Positions 10,080 to 22,023 of a DNA stretch of 64,000 nucleotides are shown piece after piece; position 1 is the stretch's first letter, and the number at the start of each line of letters is the position of its first letter. The stretch lies in assembly GCA_021810635.1 (NCBI GenBank), contig JAJZIH010000004.1:76131-140130 (forward strand). Reading direction: 5' to 3'. A program made the translations under genes and the position numbers. The notes under the pieces were generated by a model. It was not told where the DNA came from. It ran no database searches and was given only the letters and a program-made list of their open reading frames with translations. The stretch comes from Pseudomonadota bacterium (GTDB lineage: Bacteria; Pseudomonadota; Gammaproteobacteria; JAKAQQ01).

Positions 10080-11234
10080 TCAGGCTCCTGAAAAGATCAG
10101 GGCGCAGTTGTTGCCGCCGAACCCAAAGGCATTGGACAGCACGTAATGCGGGTGGGCGTGTTCGTGGTGCAGAAGGATCCGGCTCCGCAGACTGGGATCG
10201 CATTCCTGCGTATTCAGCGTTCTGGGCAGGAAGCCACTGTCCAGGGTCAGGAGGGAGAAAAGCGCTCCCATCATGCCGGCCGCGCCCAGAGTGTGGCCAG
10301 TCCAGCCCTTGGTCGAGCTCACGGGGGTTTCTCGTGGAAAGAGACGGCTGATGGCCCGGTCTTCCGAGGCATCGTTGAGCCGGGTTCCCGTGCCGTGGGC
10401 ATGGATATACCCGATGTCCGTCGGCCGGATCCCGGCCATCGCCAAGGCACGGGACATGGCCAGCCAGGCCCCCTCTCCATCCGGATGGGGGGCCGTGATG
10501 TGATAGGCGTCCGAGCTTTCCCCATAGCCGGCCAGTCGCCACGGGGCCGGCTGGCCTGAGACCAGCATCAGCGCCGCGGCCTCCCCGAGATTGATCCCCG
10601 CCCGGGCCCGGTCAAAGGGACGGCAGACCGTCGGCGTGATGAGGTTGAGCGCGCGAAAGCCAAAGAGGGTCGTCATGCACAGGCTGTCGATTCCGGCCAC
10701 CACGGCTGCATCGATCCATTTCTGTTCCAACCACTGGTGGGCCAGTGCGAGGGACTGTGCGCTGGATGAACAGGCCGAGGAGACCGTGATGGCCGGACCG
10801 GCGATTGGTAGACGCTGGCCAAGATAGCGGGTCGTCGCATGGAGTTCGAAGGTATCCCCGAGGCGGTCCGCGGGATCACAGGGTTCGTTCCGTTTCCGGC
10901 TGTAGGTTTCCTCGAGTGTCGCGATTCCCGAAGAACTGGTGCCGACGATGAGACCGATCCGGGATGCTCCGAACCGTCCGGCGGTGGCCTGTACGGCCGC
11001 CTCAAACTGGTCCAGTCTGAGCGCCATCTCGGCCAGGCGGTTGTTCCGGCAGTCGAAGTGCCGGAGTCGTTCCGGCAGACGGATCTCGTCGAGTCCGGAA
11101 ACGGCCCCGACATGGGTGGAGAGGGGCCCGGCCCAAGGGGTCAGACCCGGCCGGTCCTCGAGCAGGGCCTGCCGGAGTTCCCGGCATCCCTTGCCGCAGC
11201 TGGCCGTGGCGGAAAACGCATGGATGTACAGCAT
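10080..11234 (-). CDS. Beta-ketoacyl-ACP synthase (FabF/KAS II-like, Cys-His-His)
   Basis: 384 aa. Active-site motifs: ITVSSACSSS (Cys), YIHAHGTGT (His), GWTGHTLGAAG (His), NAFGFGGNN. Confidence 0.85.
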   Translation of the reverse strand: MLYIHAFSATASCGKGCRELRQALLEDRPGLTPWAGPLSTHVGAVSGLDEIRLPERLRHFDCRNNRLAEMALRLDQFEAAVQATAGRFGASRIGLIVGTSSSGIATLEETYSRKRNEPCDPADRLGDTFELHATTRYLGQRLPIAGPAITVSSACSSSAQSLALAHQWLEQKWIDAAVVAGIDSLCMTTLFGFRALNLITPTVCRPFDRARAGINLGEAAALMLVSGQPAPWRLAGYGESSDAYHITAPHPDGEGAWLAMSRALAMAGIRPTDIGYIHAHGTGTRLNDASEDRAISRLFPRETPVSSTKGWTGHTLGAAGMMGALFSLLTLDSGFLPRTLNTQECDPSLRSRILLHHEHAHPHYVLSNAFGFGGNNCALIFSGA

Positions 11235-11236
11235 GT

Positions 11237-13534
11237 TCAGGAAGCGGGCTGCGGTTCGCGAAAGCCGGCTCCGAGCGAAAAAGCGAGGGCCGTGTCCAGC
11301 AGGACCCCGAGACAGACGGTGAGACCGATGGTCACCAGCATGGGAACTCGGCTCAGGATGAGCGGGAGGAAAACCGTAAGCACGATGAGCATGCTGATCA
11401 GGATGACGTCTCGTGTCGGGTGTCGGGTCGGGGCTCGCGAAACCGAAAGAAAGATACTGTAATCGAGACCGAGCCCGAAGACCAGAAAGAGCCCGATCAG
11501 CACGTCCAGATCCGGCCGGATGCCCATGGCATTGAGGAGCGCCAGGGTCGATGAGACGCCGAGGACCGGTGTGCCGACGAGATGAAGAGTTCGCCCGACG
11601 GACCGGGTGAGCAGGCCCAAGAACAGGATGACGGCCCCCAGGACGGCGAATCCGATTTCAGCCAGGCGGTCGGTCAGTCCCTGCCGGAGATGTGACAAGG
11701 CGTGCGACAGGCGGATGAGGTGGAGATGGGGAATCGGGTGGCTTTCGAGGAGCCGGTTGAGTTCCGGATCCGGTGTCGTGGACAGCAAGGGCACCCAGGA
11801 AATCCAGCGATGACCGGGATGCATGAGTTCGCTCTGGACCAGGAATCGCCATCGGGTCCGGAGCAGTTGCGGCCGGCCAAGGACGGGAAGCCGTCGGCTC
11901 CGCTCGAGTGCATGGGTAAACGGATCAAAGAAGGCCGGGGTAAAGGGCAGGCCCGCCAGAGCCCGGATGAGCCTACGGTGGAGGCGTTTCGGGCCGGGGA
12001 TTGCCCGCTCGCGGCGGATCTGCACCGAGGGGGGGGGCAGGAGACGGGTGACGGTGAGAAAGCGCAGGCCCAATCCCCGGCGACGCTCGCGGTCCAGCAG
12101 TCTTTGCAGGTTTTGGGTCCGGTTGAGGACGACGTTCAGGTGGGGGGCGGTCAGCACCAGGTAACGGCCGATTCTCCGGGCGCCCATCGCCTGGCGCAGC
12201 TGGCGCGTCGTCCGCGTCAGGGACGCGGGGAGTCCAGATAGGGAGGAAGATCCCGTCTGCCACCGGAGAGGGTGGACCAGGAGAAGGAACGCGGTGAGCA
12301 GGAAGACCGAGAAAGCGAATCCACGGTGCGGGCGCAGGATCCGGCCAACGGTTTCAGGTCGGTCCCACCGGAAGGGCTGGAGGGGGACGGGCCCAAGCGC
12401 CACTGTGATCAGTCCGCCGCCGACCAGGCCGATGGCCCCCATGACGCCGATCTGTGCCAGGTCGGGGACTCCTGCCGACAGGAACCCTAGGTATCCCACG
12501 CCGCCGGCGGCGGCGGCGGTGAGTACGGTCCGGCGGTGCTCGGCCAGGGATTCCGGTTGGGCGTGGGCATGCATCCAGAAATACAGGGGGTGATCGACCA
12601 CCATCCCGATGACGATCCCGGCACAGGCCAAGGACAGTTCATTGACGGATCCGAAAATCCCCTCGGCCGCGAGCAGGGCCGACCCCACGGCCAGAGCCGG
12701 AATGGCGAAAAGGAGGAGTGCGGTTTTGAGGCTTCGGAAGAGGAACCAGAGCCCGATCACGAGCAGGATCGTGCTGGCGATGGCGAGTCCGGTCATCCGC
12801 GTGCGGATGCGTCGGGACAGGGCCGTGGCGATGGGGGCAACGCCTCCGAGCCTGAGGTGCGCCGGGCCGAGTCCGGCGCGGCGGATTCCCCGCCGGACGG
12901 CCCGGAGAGCGCGGGCATCGCTGGCGAGATCCCAGCCGGAATGGACGAGGATGGCGGCCAGAAGCGCCATGGGCGGATGGGGGGCGAACCAGACCCCATG
13001 GCTTTCGGGTGGGGTGGGCAGGAGCCGGATCCCCTGCAGCCAATGGGGCCAGGCGCGTGTCGGATCGAGTCGCAAGAGATCCGCTTCCCCGGGCCCCCCA
13101 GGCCCGGCCAGGATTCCCAAATCCTGAACGAACGTCCGGTGGAGTCCGGCGGCGGACCAGGGCCGCGTCCGGTTCGGGTGAACCAGCAGGTAGCGGTAAC
13201 GGAAAGGGACTTCACGCCGTAACAAGGTCATGGACAGGGCCCCCGGCGAGGGGGAGTGGTCCAGCACGGCGACGAACTCCGGGTCGCGGGAGAGGTCACG
13301 CTGCAGCGCGCGGGAGGCTCCGATCAGCCGTTGGGCTGGAGCCCCCTGGAGTCCAATGAGGATCAAATGATTGTCAAGACCGTGTTTGACCTGGCTCAGG
13401 ACCAACCGGGCCCGGGATCCGGACGCTGCTGGCAGGAAACCGCTCAGGCGGCTCCCTGGATGCGGGTGGTCGAGCAGGATGCCCAGAACCACGAGGAGCG
13501 CCCCTCCGAAAATCAGAACCCTTCTTTTCGGCAT
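11237..13534 (-). CDS. MMPL/RND-superfamily predicted lipid exporter
   Basis: 765 aa. Two clusters of ~5-6 TM helices are separated by large soluble loops, the architecture of the 'predicted exporter' of aryl-polyene-type clusters. The stop lies 2 nt before the KS start. Confidence 0.75.
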   Translation of the reverse strand: MPKRRVLIFGGALLVVLGILLDHPHPGSRLSGFLPAASGSRARLVLSQVKHGLDNHLILIGLQGAPAQRLIGASRALQRDLSRDPEFVAVLDHSPSPGALSMTLLRREVPFRYRYLLVHPNRTRPWSAAGLHRTFVQDLGILAGPGGPGEADLLRLDPTRAWPHWLQGIRLLPTPPESHGVWFAPHPPMALLAAILVHSGWDLASDARALRAVRRGIRRAGLGPAHLRLGGVAPIATALSRRIRTRMTGLAIASTILLVIGLWFLFRSLKTALLLFAIPALAVGSALLAAEGIFGSVNELSLACAGIVIGMVVDHPLYFWMHAHAQPESLAEHRRTVLTAAAAGGVGYLGFLSAGVPDLAQIGVMGAIGLVGGGLITVALGPVPLQPFRWDRPETVGRILRPHRGFAFSVFLLTAFLLLVHPLRWQTGSSSLSGLPASLTRTTRQLRQAMGARRIGRYLVLTAPHLNVVLNRTQNLQRLLDRERRRGLGLRFLTVTRLLPPPSVQIRRERAIPGPKRLHRRLIRALAGLPFTPAFFDPFTHALERSRRLPVLGRPQLLRTRWRFLVQSELMHPGHRWISWVPLLSTTPDPELNRLLESHPIPHLHLIRLSHALSHLRQGLTDRLAEIGFAVLGAVILFLGLLTRSVGRTLHLVGTPVLGVSSTLALLNAMGIRPDLDVLIGLFLVFGLGLDYSIFLSVSRAPTRHPTRDVILISMLIVLTVFLPLILSRVPMLVTIGLTVCLGVLLDTALAFSLGAGFREPQPAS

Positions 13535-14118
13535 GCGAGCCAGGAAACCGGGGTCAGCCGGTAATGCGACCAGTCTCCATTGCGGTACTGGATGGCCAGA
13601 CGGCGCAGGACGGATCCTGTGCCCCGGAGCCTCAGCGCGCGGAGACTGCGCGATCCGTTGTGGTGACGCGGGGTGAGATGCAGGGTCCAGAGCGAGGCAT
13701 GGGCTTGATAGACCAGATGGAATGCCCGTTTGAGCATCCGATCATGCCCGGACAGGAGTGACTGGAGGGCCTGGGCCAGGATCTGGAGATCGGGGACCAG
13801 CGAGAGGGCAATCGTCCGGCGTTGCCCCTTCGCATTGATGCTCCAGGCTTCCTTCCGGTTCATCCCGTACCGTTTCCGGACCGGGGAGAGCATGATGTCG
13901 GCCAGATGATCCGGTCGCCGGTAGCACCAGAGTCCGCTGGCCCGGATCTTCCCGTAGAGAAGTCCCACGTGTTCGGTTTCATGGTAGGCCGCGGCGAGCC
14001 GGGGTTTTTGCGCGAACGCCAGCAGAATGGCCCGCCAGGTGGGGTTGGCGGCCGGGGAAGGGCTGGCCGCCGCAAGGAGAACCAGCCCCGGAAGACAAGT
14101 GAGACCGATCCGTTTCAT
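13513..14118 (-). CDS. LolA-like periplasmic lipid-carrier protein
   Basis: ATG at 14118 in ATGA overlap with the acyltransferase stop. Signal peptide MKRIGLTCLPGLVLLAAASPSPAA. The later pattern LLSGHDRMLKRAFHL...WTLHLTP...LRALRLRG resembles the LolA-like proteins of these clusters. The track ORF start at 14307 is rejected. Confidence 0.5.
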   Translation of the reverse strand: MKRIGLTCLPGLVLLAAASPSPAANPTWRAILLAFAQKPRLAAAYHETEHVGLLYGKIRASGLWCYRRPDHLADIMLSPVRKRYGMNRKEAWSINAKGQRRTIALSLVPDLQILAQALQSLLSGHDRMLKRAFHLVYQAHASLWTLHLTPRHHNGSRSLRALRLRGTGSVLRRLAIQYRNGDWSHYRLTPVSWLACRKEGF

Positions 14119-15035
14119 GGTGGATCCAAGGGGCGCCAGAAATCGTAAAAGTTGAACCAGTTCATGGGATAGCGGCGTGCCTGATGTTCCAATCGTTGCA
14201 CATATTCTTGCCCGATGCCCAGAGCCGTCTCTTCGATTGTGGGTGCGGCCCGAGCGGTCAAGGGCTCGATCAGGATCCGGTAGTGCCGTGACCGTTCCTG
14301 AATACAAAAGAAGGTGAAGGTCGGGGGGGCCAGTCGGGCGGCGAGATAAAATGGGGTCAGCGGAAATTCAGCCGTTTGGCCGAGAAAACCGGTCTTCCAG
14401 GTGCGTGACGCCACGGGCGCCCGGTCGGCGAGCATCGCGAGAAGCCCGCCGGACTGGAGGTGGGTCTGCATGGCCAGAATGGCGTAGGGATCGTCGGTCC
14501 GCAGGACCGAGAGTAGCCCTTGGGGCCTGAACTTTTCCAGAAAGGCAGTGACCGGGCGGGCTTCCGCCGGATGCATGACGATTTTGAGGGGCAGGGAGAG
14601 GGATTCTCCCAGGGATCGCATGACCTCGAAGCTGCCCAGATGGGAGCCGAGCAGGAGGACGCCGTCACCTCTCCCAAGGGCGCTTTGTACGGGCTCGAAC
14701 CCCTCCGTGACGAAGTGATAGCGCGGATCCAGGCCGGAGGTCAGGATGATCCGGTCGTGGAGGGTGGCCGCGTAGGTCCAGAGATGAAGGTAGACGTTCC
14801 AGATTCTGATCCGGCGGTGGACACGGGCCTGCTGCAGGAACTGTCGCGAGGAGCGGGTGGTCGGTCGCGAGGTCAGGAGAAAGTACAGAACGATTCCAGG
14901 CAGAAACAGGCGCCCGGCGGTGTATCCGATGGTTTGGGTGATCCACAGGATCAGGCGGATCGCCCCCGGGGTGCCCCGGTCGGGCTGGGTTTGCCAGTTC
15001 ATCGACACACCTGGCAACGTCTCCCCGCCCGCCAC
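14115..15035 (-). CDS. LpxL/HtrB-type (LPLAT) lysophospholipid/lipid A acyltransferase
   Basis: 306 aa with an N-terminal TM region and GVLLLGSHLGSFEV (the HX4D-position region is degenerate). Ends ...YPMNWFNFYDFW, typical of the family. An alternative start is ATG 15002. Confidence 0.7.
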   Translation of the reverse strand: MAGGETLPGVSMNWQTQPDRGTPGAIRLILWITQTIGYTAGRLFLPGIVLYFLLTSRPTTRSSRQFLQQARVHRRIRIWNVYLHLWTYAATLHDRIILTSGLDPRYHFVTEGFEPVQSALGRGDGVLLLGSHLGSFEVMRSLGESLSLPLKIVMHPAEARPVTAFLEKFRPQGLLSVLRTDDPYAILAMQTHLQSGGLLAMLADRAPVASRTWKTGFLGQTAEFPLTPFYLAARLAPPTFTFFCIQERSRHYRILIEPLTARAAPTIEETALGIGQEYVQRLEHQARRYPMNWFNFYDFWRPLDPP

Positions 15036-15047
15036 CCGGACTCGCCC

Positions 15048-16427
15048 TCAGTGGGCAGCGGAATCATGGGGCTGGGCCAGATGTTCGCGGTAAAGCCCGG
15101 CCAGGGTGGCCTGGCTGATTTTGCCGGTGGGATGATGGGGAATCTCCTCGACAACCACGAGCGGCCGCGGCAGAAATGGGCCGTCGATGCGTTGTCTGAG
15201 TTGGACGAGGATCGATTCGGGCGGAAGGCCCGGGGCGACGACAAAGGCCACTAGCCGTTCGGGCTCGCCGCGGGTTTCCCGTTCGCGGGGGTGGTAGAAG
15301 GCTCCGGACCTGACCCCCGGGATCCCGAGGAGGGCTTCGTTGAGTGCGGCGAGCGAGGCTCGGCGCCCAGCCACCTTGACGATATCTTGCCGTCGTCCAA
15401 GAAGGCGCAAGTGGGTGGAGTCAAGGGCCTCCACTTCGTCATCCAGGAACCGCGTCGTTCCCTGTCGACGCCAGGCGATGCAGGGGCGCTTCCCCTGCCG
15501 CGCCAGTTTCACATGATCGAGAAGATGCCAGTTTTCCTCCCGGACCGTTCTCCGGGTGGCCAGTGCTCCGGTTTCCGTGCTGCCGTAGACTTCCACCACC
15601 GGGGTTTTGAATCGTTTCTCGGATTCGCGTGCCAAGGCCGTTGACAGGGGGGCGGTCGAGCAGACGATCAGACCGAGCCCGGCCACCGTCAACCCGCTCT
15701 CCACGAGTGCGCGCAGATGAAAGGGCGTGGTGACCAGCAGGGCACAATGGCCCAGAGTGGCCGCCGCCCGGATATCCGGCGGGAAGAGCAGCCGCTTGCG
15801 ATAGAGGCTGACCCCGGCGCGCCAGGGCATGAACAGGCCATGCTCAAGTCCATAGAGATGGTAGGGGGGGACGGTGGACAGAACATGGCTAAAACGCCGG
15901 ATTCCCAGTCTTCGGCCGACGGCATCGGCACTTTCCAGCAGTTGGGTCCAGGATTTGAAATGCAATCCGGGAGACTGTGTGGTCCCGGAACTCCACAGGG
16001 CGATCTGGCCGCGGGGCAGGGGATTTTTCCGTTTCCGGTCAGGGTCCGGGCTGGATGGAGGGGTGAGGAAGGCCACCAAGCGGGGGGTTGCCGATGTGCT
16101 GGCTTCCTGGGACAACAGGAGAGAGGGAGCGTCCAGGGACAGGGAGCGGAGCAGTGCGGAGGCACTTTCAGGATCCGGTGCCAGAAGAATCCGCATCCGG
16201 TGTCGGTGGGCCCACAGCAGGCCTTGGGCAAAGCATTGGAAATCCTGAGCCAGGTTGACCACGAGTGAGGGTGGAAGGGTGCCTTGGCCATCTCCGGGCA
16301 CCTCCGGTCGCGGGGGCGCCCATTCGATGCCGGAGCCGGCTCCCCGGGCGGTGAGCGGCCGCGGATGCCACAGGAGGGGCTCCGGCGTGGCGGGCGGGGT
16401 CAGGGGGCACTCTGGGGCGACGGTCAC
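15048..16427 (-). CDS. Adenylate-forming (AMP-dependent) acyl/aryl-ACP ligase
   Basis: 459 aa. Motifs: LWSSGTTQSPG (A3-like), VYGSTETG (A5), GRRQDIVKVAGRRASL (A8), PTGKISQ (A10). GTGA overlap with the ACP stop. Confidence 0.8.
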   Translation of the reverse strand: MTVAPECPLTPPATPEPLLWHPRPLTARGAGSGIEWAPPRPEVPGDGQGTLPPSLVVNLAQDFQCFAQGLLWAHRHRMRILLAPDPESASALLRSLSLDAPSLLLSQEASTSATPRLVAFLTPPSSPDPDRKRKNPLPRGQIALWSSGTTQSPGLHFKSWTQLLESADAVGRRLGIRRFSHVLSTVPPYHLYGLEHGLFMPWRAGVSLYRKRLLFPPDIRAAATLGHCALLVTTPFHLRALVESGLTVAGLGLIVCSTAPLSTALARESEKRFKTPVVEVYGSTETGALATRRTVREENWHLLDHVKLARQGKRPCIAWRRQGTTRFLDDEVEALDSTHLRLLGRRQDIVKVAGRRASLAALNEALLGIPGVRSGAFYHPRERETRGEPERLVAFVVAPGLPPESILVQLRQRIDGPFLPRPLVVVEEIPHHPTGKISQATLAGLYREHLAQPHDSAAH

Positions 16428-16714
16428 CGGGTCCGGTTTTGTGCCACATACAGGCTGAGTTGGCTCAAGTTGCGAAAAATCTCCTGCGATTCCGCGCGAT
16501 CCTCCTGAATCTGGATGCCGTAGCGCTTGGACAGTGCCAAGGACAACTCCAGAGCGTCAATGGAATCCAGTCCCAACCCCCGTTCCCCGAACAACGGCTC
16601 TTGCGGGTCAATCTGGTCGGGCAGGCGCCGCAACTTGACTGCCTGAACGAGCACGGCGGCGATTTCCCGTTGCCAATCGGTAAGAGCGGAGGCGGCGGTT
16701 TTCTTAGTCGTCAT
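16424..16714 (-). CDS. Acyl carrier protein
   Basis: From ATG 16714 the product is 96 aa with the phosphopantetheine-attachment motif GLGLDSIDALEL. The track ORF extends to 16783, so the start is uncertain. Confidence 0.8.
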   Translation of the reverse strand: MTTKKTAASALTDWQREIAAVLVQAVKLRRLPDQIDPQEPLFGERGLGLDSIDALELSLALSKRYGIQIQEDRAESQEIFRNLSQLSLYVAQNRTR

Positions 16715-16909
16715 CGTTCCATCAGTTTCTTCGGGCAGGAGAAGCGGAGATGCTGACGTCGTCATTGGATGCAACCATTCCACCGGGTCGGGTTTACGCG
16801 TGGGTCGGCGAGGTCACGGGGATCCGCGTCCATCCCCTCCCCATTTCAGCCTAGCATACGGCCCCGGGACCGACAATCACGCCGCTGCAACTGAGGGGCA
16901 GGAGGGTGA

Positions 16910-19521
<2,612 letters not shown>

Positions 19522-19532
<11 letters not shown>

Positions 19533-19881
19533 ACGAAACTGGTTGCTGTGGCTGGTCATGGGCGGATTCTTGGCACTGGCCCAAAACCAGCTATGGGGAT
19601 CGCGGGACGGTTTTCCGGCCGATGCCGGACTCGCCCGGGCCATTGTCCGGCAACGGCGCATCAACCGGCGGCTTGAGGAGACGAACCGCATGCTGTATGC
19701 GGAAGTGGAGAGCCTGGAGAAGGGGACTGGTGCCGTGGCCCAGCAGGCCCGGACGGATCTGGATTTCATCCGGCCCGGCGAGACGTTTTATGAAATTGTC
19801 GAACGGAAACGTTCCCCGGCTCCTCGCCCCCCCCCCGGTGTCCCGGGGCGCCCCGCGCCCACCGACCGCGGACCTGCGTGA
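19522..19881 (+). CDS. ftsB: Cell division protein FtsB
   Basis: ATG at 19522 gives [25 protein letters not shown] (TM), a coiled coil ([24 protein letters not shown]) and [18 protein letters not shown]. Conserved position after kdsA. Pro-rich tail. Confidence 0.75.
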
Positions 19882-20675
19882 CCATGGCGTTTCTCTCCCT
19901 CACGGATCACGGACCCATCCGGGAGATCGAGATGAACCGGCCACCGGTCAATGCCATCGACCTGGAGCTGGTCAATGAGCTTCAGGCAGCGTTGCGGACC
20001 GGAGCGGAGACGCCGGTCCGGGCGTTTGTTCTTTCCGGCCAGCCTAACTTCTTTTCTGCCGGGCTGGATCTGCCCGCTCTCCTGAATCTGGATGAAACCA
20101 GCATGGCCGTTTTCTGGCGGCAACTGGTCATGCTCCTGCAAACGATTGCGTTGAGCCCCGTCCCGATCCTGGCGGCGATGACCGGCCATAGTCCGGCTGG
20201 CGGAACGGTTTTGGCCCTGTATACAGATTATCGTGTGATGGCGCGCGGAGAATACAAGATTGGACTCAACGAGGTGCAGGTTGGATTGCCGGTTCCACAC
20301 TTTATCCAGCGCGGGCTGGCTCGCTTGGTCGGGGTGCGACAGGCCGGACGCTTGGTGATGGAGGGGCAGCTGCTCAATCCGGACGAGGCGTGTGCAATCG
20401 GTTTGGTGGATGAGCTGGCGGCCACCGATCAGGTTCGCGAATGCGCCCTGCAGAAAGCCCGGCACTGGCTCACCTTGCCCGAGGCGGCTTTCCGGACGAC
20501 GCGCGAGATCTCGAGAAAGGGCCTCGATTTCATGGCCAAAAAGCAGGCGGAGGTCGAGACGATGGTGGCGTTCTGGTTCCGTCCCGAAACGCAGGAGGCT
20601 CTCCGCCGTTATGTCGATACCCTTCGCGAGCGTCGCGATCGGGAACCGGACCGGTCGTGGCGCAGCAAAACGTAA
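19878..20675 (+). CDS. Enoyl-CoA hydratase/isomerase (crotonase) family protein
   Basis: 265 aa. Motifs: EMNRPPVNAI, FFSAGLDL, GHSPAGG. GTGA overlap with the ftsB stop; ATG 19884 is an alternative start. Confidence 0.8.
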   Translation: MTMAFLSLTDHGPIREIEMNRPPVNAIDLELVNELQAALRTGAETPVRAFVLSGQPNFFSAGLDLPALLNLDETSMAVFWRQLVMLLQTIALSPVPILAAMTGHSPAGGTVLALYTDYRVMARGEYKIGLNEVQVGLPVPHFIQRGLARLVGVRQAGRLVMEGQLLNPDEACAIGLVDELAATDQVRECALQKARHWLTLPEAAFRTTREISRKGLDFMAKKQAEVETMVAFWFRPETQEALRRYVDTLRERRDREPDRSWRSKT

Positions 20676-21211
20676 GTGGCTCCACTACCCCCTTCACAAT
20701 GACGGGAGGTTGCGTAGGCGAGAACCTCACGACGTTCTCTCAACCATTGAAGAACCGCCGGTCGCAAGACGGGTCCCTGGTTTCCGGAGTGCATGCCCTT
20801 GCCGTGGATGATGCGTACGCAGGAATGATTCGAATCGGTCGACTCCTTGAGAAAATCGACGAGCGCTGCGTGCGCGCCCAACCGGGTCAGGCCATGGAGA
20901 TCCAGAGTCGCCTGGCAAGACAACTGCCCGCGCCGGAGTTTTTCCACAATCGCGTTCTGGATGCCCGGTTGGCGGAACTGCGTGGCCTCGGCCTCCCCGA
21001 GATCCGGCTGGCCCAGCCCTCCCTCCAGCGAGGCTTCGAGAACCTTGCGCTCACCGCGCTTGCGCTGGAGGGCTTGGGGGACCGGCTTGGGCGGAGCGGG
21101 CTTTTCAGCGACCGAGGGGGTTGGGCGAACGCCAGCCCGAGCCATCGCCTGACGGAAGTCCCGGCTTTCCTCCGGGGTCGGTATCGGATCGCGCTTGCTC
21201 ATCGGGCTCAC
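20609..21211 (-). CDS. Smr-domain protein (SmrA/YdaL-like endonuclease)
   Basis: C-terminal Smr domain: TLDLHGLT...RIIHGKGMHS...PVLRPAVLQWL...GGSGATYVLL. An alternative start is ATG 21202. Confidence 0.8.
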   Translation of the reverse strand: MSPMSKRDPIPTPEESRDFRQAMARAGVRPTPSVAEKPAPPKPVPQALQRKRGERKVLEASLEGGLGQPDLGEAEATQFRQPGIQNAIVEKLRRGQLSCQATLDLHGLTRLGAHAALVDFLKESTDSNHSCVRIIHGKGMHSGNQGPVLRPAVLQWLRERREVLAYATSRHCEGGSGATYVLLRHDRSGSRSRRSRRVST

Positions 21212-21267
21212 GCTGATCGGCGGGGGGGCACGAGGGGGGATTGTACAGCGTGGGACAGGCGTGTGTC

Positions 21268-22023
21268 ATGCGGATCCTGTTGACCAACGATGACGGATGG
21301 AATGCGCCGGGCCTGAGCCTCCTGGCCGCAGCCCTGCGGGCCAGGGCCGAAGTGGTCATCGTGGCTCCCGACCGGAATCGGAGCGGGGCCAGCAACTCGC
21401 TCACCCTGAATGACCCCCTCAGGGTCGAGTCTGTGGGGCCACTCCTCTACGCGGTCAATGGCACGCCGACCGATTGCGTGCATCTGGCGCTGACCGGCCT
21501 TCTGGACCGGGAACCGGATCTCGTGATCTCCGGGATCAACGATGGTTCCAATCTGGGGGACGATGTCCTTTATTCAGGGACCGTGGCGGCCGCCATGGAA
21601 GGACGTTTCCTCGGGTTGCCGGCCATTGCGGTTTCCCTCGTGGATGCCCCGGACCGCCTGTACGATACGGCGCTCGCCGTGGTCGGGGTCATTCTTGACC
21701 ACCTGGAATCGGTGCTCTGGCCGGCCGACACGATTCTCAATGTCAATGTCCCTGCGGTTCCCTGGGCCCAGCTGCAGGGATTCCGGGCGACGCGCCTGGG
21801 CCACCGCCACCGGGCCTCGCCGGCCATCCGCGCCCAGGATCCCCGGGGGCGGCCGATTTACTGGGTCGGCCGGGCCGGACCGGCGGCGGATGCCGGCGAG
21901 GGAACGGATTTTCACGCCGTGGCCACCGGTTCCGTCTCGGTGACCCCGCTCGAAATCGACCTGACCCGTCATCCGGCGCTACCAGCCCTGGCCCAGTGGC
22001 TGGGGACGATCCACCATGACTGA
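21268..22023 (+). CDS. surE: 5'/3'-nucleotidase SurE
   Basis: [41 protein letters not shown]. First gene of the surE-pcm-nlpD-rpoS block. Confidence 0.9.
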   Translation: MRILLTNDDGWNAPGLSLLAAALRARAEVVIVAPDRNRSGASNSLTLNDPLRVESVGPLLYAVNGTPTDCVHLALTGLLDREPDLVISGINDGSNLGDDVLYSGTVAAAMEGRFLGLPAIAVSLVDAPDRLYDTALAVVGVILDHLESVLWPADTILNVNVPAVPWAQLQGFRATRLGHRHRASPAIRAQDPRGRPIYWVGRAGPAADAGEGTDFHAVATGSVSVTPLEIDLTRHPALPALAQWLGTIHHD

